Translations under genes and position numbers: made by a program
In this document: positions 56,762 to 64,000 of the stretch, piece after piece
Numbering within the stretch: the stretch's first letter is position 1
How the letters are laid out: each line of letters begins with the position of its first letter
IMG/VR virus record: IMGVR_UViG_3300031963_000016
Location: 64,001 to 128,000 of that record
Reading direction: 5' to 3' (one strand)
DNA length: 64,000 nt
From: a virus
Notes under the pieces: generated by a model
Told to the model about the DNA's origin: nothing
The model's input: only the letters and a program-made list of their open reading frames with translations
The model's database searches: none

Positions 56762-58966
56762 ATGGAAATGAAATCGACTGATCTCTCCGCACGACTTCTT
56801 GCAACTGAAAACCTATCGGTGATTCGTGCACGCACTCGTACTGCATCTTTTGACATTAAGTCACGTGTGTTGACTCTTCCGATGTGGAAAGACATGACTC
56901 CTGAAATTGAAGATATGCTTATCGGACACGAAGTCGGTCATGCTTTGTATACTGGCGAACCATATATGGAACCCATCAAGGAAAATCCTAAGATGATGGG
57001 CTATCTGAACATTATCGAAGATGTTCGAATCGAAAAACTTATCAAACGCAAGTATCCTGGTCTGCGCAAACGCATGAACGAAGGATACAAGCAACTCAAC
57101 GATCGTGACTTTTTTGGCATCAAGCAAGTGCCGAGTCTCGACAATCTTCTTCTTATCGACAAAATCAATTTGTATTTCAAAGCTGGATTCCAATGCGGTG
57201 TCAAGTTTGATGCAGACGAAAAAGAATTTGTCAATCGTGCTGAACGTACCGAAACTATCGAAGATGTGATTGCTCTTGCAAAAGACATTTATGCTTTTTC
57301 AAAACAGAAAGCAGAAGAACGCAAGGAGCGTATGAAACAAGAGAATCCTCTAGACCTAGAAGACGATGAGGAAGATGATCCAGTCTATGGAGACTTTGAT
57401 GTTGATATGGATGGTGACTGGAGTGAAGAAGACGATGAAGATTCTGATCTTGACCCACTTGGTAACACACCTAAACATCAGAACGATGAGCGTGCAGAAA
57501 AAGAAGAGGATCTAGAGTCTCAAACTGAACGCATTTTTCGCAACAAACTTGAAGATCTGGCTGACGAAAATACAGAGTACAAGTATTGGAAATTTGATAC
57601 CGAGTATGAATATGATCCGATCATTCCGTACAAAAGAATTCTAAACGAAACTAAAAGTCCAGAACAGTGGACTATGGAACAGAACGAACAGTATGACTGG
57701 ACTCTGCGTCACATGAGTGATGAGCAAAAGGCTAAATTTTATGAAAGTCTTGGGAAAGATTTCTTGCAGTTTAAGAATGAGTCTAGTCGTACGGTAAACT
57801 ATCTTGTAAAAGAATTCGAGATGAGGAAGTCCGCTACACTTTACAAACGTGCATCTGTTTCTAAGATTGGCTCTCTTGATATGCGTAAAATTTATGCATA
57901 CAAGTTGAAGGACGATCTTTTCAAGCGTGTGACTACTTTTCCTAATGGTAAGAATCACGGCATGATTATGCTTGTGGATTGGTCTGGTTCGATGAATGAT
58001 GTGATTCGTGATACGTTGAAACAGGTTATCAATCTTGCCATGTTCTGTAATAGAATTCAAGTACCGTATCGTGTTCTTGCTTTTACATCTGCATATGAGG
58101 AAACTAGTAGGCAAGAGCGTAATTCTAATATGACTCCAGAAGAATATAGAAAGTATGTAGATATTCAACGTGAAAAACATAGGATCAAATCAGAACAAAA
58201 TGAACTGATAAATTGCGTTGATGGTTTTCATCTAATGGAGTTGTTCAGCAACAAGATGACTACTAGCGAATTTAATATTATGGCTAAACGTGTGCTAGAT
58301 CATCGTTTCTTTTGGAACAAAGGGTATGCCACTGGTGGCACTCCCCTTAATGAAGGACTGGTATGGATGTATCATAAACTCGGAGAATACATTAAGAACA
58401 ATTCCATCGAGAAAATGACATTCATCACTCTAACTGATGGTGAAGGTGGTTCTTTGACAACTTATAATCGTAGTATTGAAGACTCACGTACTGAGATTAA
58501 TGGTCATGAATATAAACGCATCAAAATTAAAAATCTAATTCGTGATGAGATCACACAAAAAACTTATGAGATTGATCGTTACTCTAACAGTCAAACAAAC
58601 ACCATTTTGCGTATGATTAAGGATCGTTACAATGTCTCACTTGTTGGATTTCATATCTGTGAGAATCGTAAAGGTGATCTTAGAAACTTCTTGCAAGCGT
58701 CGTTGCCGAGTTTCCGTGGCGATTTTCACTCAGTGATTGAAGACTGGCGTAAAGATTTTCGCACTAAGGGATTTGCTTCTATTGCAAATAGTGGTCGTGA
58801 TGAACTGTTTTTGATCCCCCAATCATCAACTGTGATTCAAGAGGGTGAGTTGGATGTCAATGCAGATGCTAATGCTAAATCGATTGCAAAGAACTTCGGT
58901 AAATTCCTCAATGTGAAAAAGACTAGTCGAATCTTATTGAATCGCTTCGTAACCCTTGTAGCATAA
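56762..58966 (+). CDS. HEXXH metallopeptidase-like + VWA domain protein (CobT-like partner of MoxR)
   Basis: GHEVGH, NIIEDVRIE, acidic linker, MLVDWSGSM (MIDAS), GGTPL, ITLTDGEG. Confidence 0.88.
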   Translation: MEMKSTDLSARLLATENLSVIRARTRTASFDIKSRVLTLPMWKDMTPEIEDMLIGHEVGHALYTGEPYMEPIKENPKMMGYLNIIEDVRIEKLIKRKYPGLRKRMNEGYKQLNDRDFFGIKQVPSLDNLLLIDKINLYFKAGFQCGVKFDADEKEFVNRAERTETIEDVIALAKDIYAFSKQKAEERKERMKQENPLDLEDDEEDDPVYGDFDVDMDGDWSEEDDEDSDLDPLGNTPKHQNDERAEKEEDLESQTERIFRNKLEDLADENTEYKYWKFDTEYEYDPIIPYKRILNETKSPEQWTMEQNEQYDWTLRHMSDEQKAKFYESLGKDFLQFKNESSRTVNYLVKEFEMRKSATLYKRASVSKIGSLDMRKIYAYKLKDDLFKRVTTFPNGKNHGMIMLVDWSGSMNDVIRDTLKQVINLAMFCNRIQVPYRVLAFTSAYEETSRQERNSNMTPEEYRKYVDIQREKHRIKSEQNELINCVDGFHLMELFSNKMTTSEFNIMAKRVLDHRFFWNKGYATGGTPLNEGLVWMYHKLGEYIKNNSIEKMTFITLTDGEGGSLTTYNRSIEDSRTEINGHEYKRIKIKNLIRDEITQKTYEIDRYSNSQTNTILRMIKDRYNVSLVGFHICENRKGDLRNFLQASLPSFRGDFHSVIEDWRKDFRTKGFASIANSGRDELFLIPQSSTVIQEGELDVNADANAKSIAKNFGKFLNVKKTSRILLNRFVTLVA

Positions 58967-59012
58967 GGGGTTGCAATAACCCCACTAAGTGTAGGGTTAT
59001 TGTAGAAAAGAC

Positions 59013-59041
59013 TTGTCTTTTATTAGATTTTGAGTAATAAT
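59013..59041 (+). promoter_or_regulatory. Sigma70-type early promoter (TTGTCT-N17-AATAAT)
   Basis: Same family as 56539 and 60267. Confidence 0.7.
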
Positions 59042-59069
59042 TATACCTGTAACTTTATTATGGAGATTT

Positions 59070-60242
59070 GTGATGGCAAAAGTTGATGAAATTTTTAGGC
59101 GTGAGTTTGAGATTAAACTCTTTGAGATGTATCCTGATGTGCAATCTAAGGGAACAGTGAGTCGTCCCCAGTTGCTTGATGTTATGTCTAAACTCAAGAC
59201 TGAGAAATATCCCCTGTGGCTTATGAAAGATAAAGTTGGTCGTGGTTTGTATGCCATTAATGGTGGTACCAATCGTGCTGCTGTTGTTGGTAATACTGCT
59301 TTGAAAGATAATCCTGTGAAACAAGAATCCTTTGTTGTCGACTATACCAACACTTCAGCATTGATTCCCCGAAAAGATCCTAATTTTGTGCCATTTGGCA
59401 ACTATGGTGATTTGGAAAACATCATTAAGTCTGGAATCTTTTATCCTGCATATATCAGTGGACCAACTGGTAATGGTAAGTCCACGATGGTTGAGCAGAT
59501 TTGCGCTAAACACAAGAAACCTCTCATTCGTGTTAACCTCAACATGATGACTGATGAGGAACAACTCATCGGATCGAAGACTCTCGAGGATGGTAACGTG
59601 CAAATTGTAGAAGGTCCAGTGCTTATTGCAATGCGCAATGGTACAACTCTGCTTCTTGACGAGATCGATGCTGGATCTGCAAATACTCTGTTGTGTTTGC
59701 AACCGATTCTTGAGGGTAAACCTTATTACTTTAAACTCAAGAATGAGATGATTGTTCCAGCTGCTGGATTCAATGTCATTGCGACTGCGAATACTAAGGG
59801 TAAGGGTTCAGACGATGGTCGTTACATCGGTACGAATATTTTGAACGAAGCATTCTTGGAGCGATTTGCCGTAACATTCGAGCAGGATTATCCCAATGCA
59901 AAAGTAGAAGTTAAGATTGTAAAGAATCTCATGGAAACTTATTCATGTGTCGATGAAGAGTTTGCAGAGACACTCGTAAAGTGGGCTGATGCAATTCGCC
60001 GAACTTTCGAGGATGGTGGTGTGGATGAAACGATTACAACTCGTCGTATGATTCACATTGTTCGTGCCTTTGCGATTTTTAAAGATCGTGCTAAGGCAGT
60101 GCAACTCTGTTGCAATCGTTTTGACTCTGCAACAAAGACTGCATTTATCGATTTGTTCGATAAAGTTGCAAATCCACAGCCTGAACCTGAAGTAGTTGCA
60201 GAGGAACCCAAGAAACCTGAGTCAGATGAAATCCCCTTCTGA
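59070..60242 (+). CDS. MoxR/CobS-type AAA+ ATPase
   Basis: GPTGNGKS, LIRVN, LLLDEID, ATANTKG, AFLERF, TTRRM. Phage homologues are often labelled cobS. Confidence 0.92.
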   Translation: MMAKVDEIFRREFEIKLFEMYPDVQSKGTVSRPQLLDVMSKLKTEKYPLWLMKDKVGRGLYAINGGTNRAAVVGNTALKDNPVKQESFVVDYTNTSALIPRKDPNFVPFGNYGDLENIIKSGIFYPAYISGPTGNGKSTMVEQICAKHKKPLIRVNLNMMTDEEQLIGSKTLEDGNVQIVEGPVLIAMRNGTTLLLDEIDAGSANTLLCLQPILEGKPYYFKLKNEMIVPAAGFNVIATANTKGKGSDDGRYIGTNILNEAFLERFAVTFEQDYPNAKVEVKIVKNLMETYSCVDEEFAETLVKWADAIRRTFEDGGVDETITTRRMIHIVRAFAIFKDRAKAVQLCCNRFDSATKTAFIDLFDKVANPQPEPEVVAEEPKKPESDEIPF

Positions 60243-60266
60243 TAGTAGGGTTATTACAAAAAGAAC

Positions 60267-60295
60267 TTGTCTTTTAATTGCACTTGTAGTATAAT
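60267..60295 (+). promoter_or_regulatory. Sigma70-type early promoter (TTGTCT-N17-TATAAT)
   Basis: Consensus -10; same family as 56539 and 59013. Confidence 0.8.
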
Positions 60296-60326
60296 TATTT
60301 CTCAAAACTTGAAAAGGAACTTTATT

Positions 60327-60812
60327 ATGTTGAAATTTGCAAACCTGTCACTTTCCCAAAAGCGTTTTGTTGTTGCTGTTCTTGAGCAGAACAAGCAATA
60401 CAAAAAGGATGGTCGCATTACTCTGAAAGAGTGTGCTGCAATCTATTATTCATTGCGTGACCAACGCACTGGTGCTAAGGGTGAGAAGATCGGTTATCCT
60501 AACTGGTTGTTCAATAAGAACAAGATCGAGCGTGGTGTGTATCAGCTACCACTACCCACTGATGCAGAAATGACTGCATATCAGAAAGAACTTGCTGAAA
60601 AGCAGACTCCCAAAGTCGCTAAGGCTAAGGCTAAAGTTGCGAAACTTCAGAAAGCCAAGACTGTTAAAGTCAAGAAGCAAGATGTAGTTGCAGAAAAGAA
60701 AGAAGCGATTGAGACTTCTCGTCTGCAGAAAATTATTGATGATTCTGTTGAAGTCGATCAAGATGTAGAAGACTTCAATCAGATTCTGAAAGAAAATGGT
60801 ATCGAAGTCTAA
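60327..60812 (+). CDS. Hypothetical protein resembling the MoxR N-terminal domain, with Lys-rich tail
   Basis: Start reassigned to ATG 60327 (SD AAAGGA); GYPNWLFNKNKIERGVYQL matches KYPLWLMKDKVGRGLYAI in ORF 59070. Confidence 0.75.
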   Translation: MLKFANLSLSQKRFVVAVLEQNKQYKKDGRITLKECAAIYYSLRDQRTGAKGEKIGYPNWLFNKNKIERGVYQLPLPTDAEMTAYQKELAEKQTPKVAKAKAKVAKLQKAKTVKVKKQDVVAEKKEAIETSRLQKIIDDSVEVDQDVEDFNQILKENGIEV

Positions 60813-60829
60813 TACTTAGACTTTACTTG

Positions 60830-60868
60830 TCGCAGGGAGATACGCCATCGTCTCCCTGCGATTCTTTT
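60830..60868 (+). terminator. Intrinsic terminator
   Basis: TCGCAGGGAGA...TCTCCCTGCGA stem followed by TTCTTTT. Confidence 0.8.
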
Positions 60869-60896
60869 CGTTTGATGGTTATATAATGGAGATAAT

Positions 60897-61151
60897 ATGT
60901 CTAAACAAGATCTACTTTTGAAACACTTGAGGAATGGTAAGGTATTTACTGCCAAACAGATTTCTGCTTCTTTTGGTATCGCTCATCCTGCCAGCACTAT
61001 CCGTAATCTTCGTGAGCAAGGTTATTGCGTTTATGCAAACGACGCAGTTGTGAACGGAACTAAGGTTGTTAAGTATCGTCTTGGCCAACCTACTCGTTCT
61101 ATGGTTGCAATTGCCAATCGTGTTGCAGGTGCTTCTGTGTTTACTCGTTAA
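60897..61151 (+). CDS. Small winged-helix DNA-binding protein
   Basis: LLKHLRNGKVFTAKQI...ASTIRNLREQGYCV...VKYRL pattern; SD GGAG. Confidence 0.65.
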   Translation: MSKQDLLLKHLRNGKVFTAKQISASFGIAHPASTIRNLREQGYCVYANDAVVNGTKVVKYRLGQPTRSMVAIANRVAGASVFTR

Positions 61152-61163
61152 ACAGTGAACTGC

Positions 61164-61198
61164 ATATGGACACTTGAAAGAGTGTCCATATTTGGTTT
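61164..61198 (+). terminator. Stem-loop/terminator with GAAA loop
   Basis: ATATGGACACT-TGAAAG-AGTGTCCATAT followed by TTGGTTT. Confidence 0.65.
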
Positions 61199-61212
61199 CA
61201 TTGGAGATGAAT

Positions 61213-61554
61213 ATGGCAAGCAAAGAAGAAGTTAAAAAATCTCAAAACGCAACGACAGGTGGTCGTAAATTTGATGGCGGTAAACTGCAATACGGTTTAC
61301 TGCCACCACTTGCATTAAAAGCAACTGTAGAAATTCTAACATTTGGTGCAGAGAAATACGAACCAGATAATTGGAAACATGTTCCAGATTCTAAGCGCAG
61401 ATACTTTGATGCAATGCAACGACATCTATGGGCATGGAAAGAGGGAGAGCAAAACGATCCTGAGTCTGGTAAGAATCACTTGGCGCATGCAATGTGTTGC
61501 TTGATGTTTCTTTATGAGCATGATGTGAAATACTCTAAAGATTCCACAAAGTGA
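61213..61554 (+). CDS. dATP/dGTP diphosphohydrolase N-terminal family (DUF5664-like)
   Basis: GRKFDGGK, LTFGAEKYEPDNWK, YFDAMQRH, DPESGKNHLAHA; start after SD GGAG (61207 also possible). Confidence 0.8.
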   Translation: MASKEEVKKSQNATTGGRKFDGGKLQYGLLPPLALKATVEILTFGAEKYEPDNWKHVPDSKRRYFDAMQRHLWAWKEGEQNDPESGKNHLAHAMCCLMFLYEHDVKYSKDSTK

Positions 61555-61569
61555 AAACGGCAAATATAT

Positions 61570-61599
61570 TTGTCGGATTATCGGTTTTTGAGGTATAAT
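61570..61599 (+). promoter_or_regulatory. Sigma70-type promoter for gp45 (TTGTCG-N18-TATAAT)
   Basis: Consensus -10; -35 related to TTGTCT. Confidence 0.65.
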
Positions 61600-61640
61600 G
61601 TTTATACATAGTAATGTAGTTTTATTTGACAGGAGAAAGT

Positions 61641-62300
61641 ATGAAACTTAGTAAAGAAACAGTTGCTCTTTTTAAGAACTTTGCGGGAATTAACAGCAAT
61701 CTTCTTTTAAAGAATGGCAACAAACTCGCAACAATCTCTGGTCAGAAGAATGTGATGGCAGATGCAACTGTAACAGAAACATTCCCTGACTTTGGAATTT
61801 ATGATCTAAACGAATTCCTAGGTGCGATGTCTTTGTTCGATGACCCCGAACTCACCTTCCAAGACAAGTATGTATCAATCAGTCAAGGCAACATGAAGAT
61901 TAAATTCTTCGCTGCAGAACCATCTGTTTTGACTGCACCTCAGAAAGCAATCACATTCCCTGAAGCAGAAATTTCTTTTAATATGTCAGCATCGATGCTG
62001 AACATGATCCATAAGACTGCCTCTGTTCTTCGTGCAGCAGATGTGTCAATTGTTGGTGATGGAACTACTATTACTGCAGTTGTTGGAGACAAAAAGAATG
62101 CTACTGGGAACTCTTTCAGTGAAGCAATTGGTACCACTGATAAAGCATTCAAAGTTAATCTGAAGGTAGAAAATCTAAAGATGCTTCCAGGTGATTATGA
62201 AGTATCTATTTCCAGCAAGAAAATTTCTCGTTTTAAATCTCCAAGCAGCGATTTGGTTTATTATGTTGCTGTGGAAGCTGATTCCACTTTTGATTTCTAA
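61641..62300 (+). CDS. gp45: Sliding clamp gp45
   Basis: MKLSKETVALFKNFAGINSNLL, FGIYDLNEFLG, YYVAVE; precedes gp44. Confidence 0.95.
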   Translation: MKLSKETVALFKNFAGINSNLLLKNGNKLATISGQKNVMADATVTETFPDFGIYDLNEFLGAMSLFDDPELTFQDKYVSISQGNMKIKFFAAEPSVLTAPQKAITFPEAEISFNMSASMLNMIHKTASVLRAADVSIVGDGTTITAVVGDKKNATGNSFSEAIGTTDKAFKVNLKVENLKMLPGDYEVSISSKKISRFKSPSSDLVYYVAVEADSTFDF

Positions 62301-62318
62301 ATGACGAGAGGGTATAAT
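62290..62318 (+). promoter_or_regulatory. Sigma70-type promoter for gp44 (TTGATT-N17-TATAAT)
   Basis: Direct motif match; the -10 forms the loop of a 7-bp inverted repeat. Confidence 0.7.
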
Positions 62319-62350
62319 CCCTCTCTATTCTTTGTTATGTGGAGATTTAT

Positions 62351-63304
62351 ATGATTGAAAGTCGTGATGAACAGTTTTTGTGGGTTGAGAAATATCGTCC
62401 ACAAAAGATTGATGATTGTATTCTTCCTGAGTCTTTAAAAAAGACATTCAAGGATTATGTCGCACAAGGTGAGTTGCCTCACTTTTTATTGTGTGGCACT
62501 GCAGGTGTAGGTAAAACTACCATTGCCAAAGCACTGTGTAATGAAATTGGTGCAGAGTATGTAATTCTTAATGGTTCAGATACTGGTGGTCATATCGACA
62601 CACTCCGTACTACCATTAAGGGTTTTGCTACATCTGTATCATTGACTGATGCTAAGAAAGTTATTATCTTAGACGAAGCAGATTATCTACAGGCAAACTC
62701 CACTCAACCAGCACTCCGTAATTACATGGAAGAATTCTCTGCTAATTGCAGATTTATCTTCACTGCTAACTACAAGAATCGCATCATTGAACCGATTCAT
62801 TCTCGCTGTGCTGTCATTGAATTCAAGATCGACTCAAAAGAAAAACAAGAAATCGCTGCTGCGTTTTTCAAAAGAGCCATTACGATTCTTAAACAAGAGG
62901 GTGTGGAATTCGATCCTAAAGTTGTAGCTGAACTTGTAACAAAACACTTTCCTGACTATCGTCGTATCCTAAACGAACTTCAGCGTTATTCCGTATCTGG
63001 TAAGATTGATTCTGGTATTCTTCTAAACATGTCAGAAGAATCTTTCAAGAGTCTTATCAAATTGATGAAGGAAAAAGACTTCACTGAAGTGCGTAAGTGG
63101 GTTGCTAAAAACTCTGATGCTGATACAACTTCTTTGTTTAGAGAATTGTATGATACTGCTTCTCAAAATTTAGAACCAAATAGTGTTCCTCAACTTGTAT
63201 TAGTGTTGGCTGACTATCAATATAAAGCAGCATTTGTAGCTGATCATGAACTAAATATAATGGCGGCACTGACTGAGATTATGGCTCAGTGCAAATTTAA
63301 ATGA
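62351..63304 (+). CDS. gp44: Clamp loader large subunit gp44
   Basis: LWVEKYRPQKIDDCILP, GTAGVGKTT, IILDEAD, PIHSRC. Confidence 0.97.
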   Translation: MIESRDEQFLWVEKYRPQKIDDCILPESLKKTFKDYVAQGELPHFLLCGTAGVGKTTIAKALCNEIGAEYVILNGSDTGGHIDTLRTTIKGFATSVSLTDAKKVIILDEADYLQANSTQPALRNYMEEFSANCRFIFTANYKNRIIEPIHSRCAVIEFKIDSKEKQEIAAAFFKRAITILKQEGVEFDPKVVAELVTKHFPDYRRILNELQRYSVSGKIDSGILLNMSEESFKSLIKLMKEKDFTEVRKWVAKNSDADTTSLFRELYDTASQNLEPNSVPQLVLVLADYQYKAAFVADHELNIMAALTEIMAQCKFK

Positions 63305-63311
63305 GGAACTT

Positions 63312-63632
63312 ATGGAATTTCTTATTCTAATTTTTGTTGCAATTATTTCTTTTTGCTGGGGTTGGAACCTTAGAGAAAGAGTTGTGATCAAACAAACTAA
63401 TAAAATGTTTGAGAGTCTTGCTAAAGAGTTGCAAGATGAAGAACGTAATCTTATTAAAATAAAAATAGAAAAGCACAATGATATGCTTTTAGCGTATCAT
63501 TATGAAGATTCGTTATTTATTGCTCAGGCTAATAATAGAAAAGAATTAGAAGACAGATTGAGCGAAAAATATCCTGGTAAAAGATTTGGTTGTACAGAGG
63601 ATAACCTAAAAGAAATAGGATTTAGAACATGA
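63312..63632 (+). CDS. Hypothetical protein with N-terminal hydrophobic helix
   Basis: MEFLILIFVAIISFCWGW candidate membrane anchor; SD GAGG. Confidence 0.7.
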   Translation: MEFLILIFVAIISFCWGWNLRERVVIKQTNKMFESLAKELQDEERNLIKIKIEKHNDMLLAYHYEDSLFIAQANNRKELEDRLSEKYPGKRFGCTEDNLKEIGFRT

Positions 63633-63817
63633 GTTTGCTACCGATTATTAGTAATCACCAATATGGAAGTAGGAATGCAAAGGTTTACAAAGACTCACTG
63701 GGAAATTTTGGTGTTTTAGTATACGATTCTGTTGATGATTATAATGGATATGAGTCTTTTGCAGAATTGGAAAGTGCCAAGACATTTGCTGAGGATTGGA
63801 TTTTGAGGGTAACATGA
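63629..63817 (+). CDS. Hypothetical protein
   Basis: 62 aa, ATGA overlaps at both ends; AKTFAEDW. Confidence 0.65.
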   Translation: MSLLPIISNHQYGSRNAKVYKDSLGNFGVLVYDSVDDYNGYESFAELESAKTFAEDWILRVT

Positions 63818-64000
63818 CACCTTTTGACTTTATTAATGCAATAAATTTCACTAAACAAAATCTATTCGAAGATCCTCTTGCCCCTAAAGATTATGTTCCC
63901 TTTATTGTTAATAGAGGGTTGTCATATTTTCCAGATACTGTTCTCTATGCGAATGAGATGAATCGTATTTCTGGGACTCCACCAGAATGGCAGTTTTCCT
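63814..64000 (+). CDS. gp62: Clamp loader small subunit gp62 (runs off the window end)
   Basis: Own translation: MTPFDFINAINFTKQNLFEDP...YVPFIVNRGLSYFPDTVLYANEMN. Confidence 0.9.
   Translation, partial: MTPFDFINAINFTKQNLFEDPLAPKDYVPFIVNRGLSYFPDTVLYANEMNRISGTPPEWQFS

Noticed and set aside
36559-61626. Longest-ORF starts at 2727, 36559, 48090, 50177, 50718, 60267, 61174, 61626 and 62339
   Set aside because: Downstream ATGs have a better SD or stop-start coupling and match family N-termini. Some listed starts lie inside promoters, hairpins or the upstream gene.
99-63851. Minus-strand and alternate-frame ORFs in the track (e.g. 18839-19792, 33487-33921, 51374-51859)
   Set aside because: They are shadows of well-supported + strand genes, mostly low-complexity mirror translations with no independent motifs or RBS.
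1-64000. tRNA, rRNA or known ncRNA genes
   Set aside because: Intergenic gaps are short and none shows a cloverleaf or T-loop signature by eye. A tRNAscan-SE/Infernal run would be needed to exclude them fully.
1-64000. Stop-codon reassignment
   Set aside because: Core genes are full-length under the standard bacterial code, and TAA, TAG and TGA all terminate genes.

Overview
A 64-kb slice of an AT-rich, lytic T4-like myophage genome. Every credible gene is on the + strand. Positions 1-47.6 kb hold the late structural module: gp5 spike, PAAR, gp25, gp6, gp7- and gp8-like baseplate genes, a DUF4815/VrlC-like giant, a long accessory fibre/adhesin region, neck gp13-15, terminase gp17, sheath gp18, tube gp19, portal gp20, gp21-23 and gp3. 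These genes are preceded by NNTAAATA late promoters. Positions 47.6-64 kb hold recombination, transcription and replication genes (uvsY, uvsW, gp55, gp47/46, gp45/44/62) plus accessory genes behind sigma70-type promoters. The most notable observations are: (1) an HNH endonuclease that seems to have landed in the first codons of gene 46 and supplied a replacement start, with a hairpin suggesting late-only translation; (2) three tandem Mtd-N/glycine-rich paralogues sharing identical DNA blocks; (3) a metalloprotease-VWA / MoxR AAA+ cluster whose promoters share an inverted-repeat motif and which includes a stand-alone paralogue of the AAA N-terminal domain; (4) a gp5 with GH19 and M15 hydrolase domains; (5) nested domain insertions in the gp8-like protein. 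All family assignments are by eye from recalled motifs. No searches were run.
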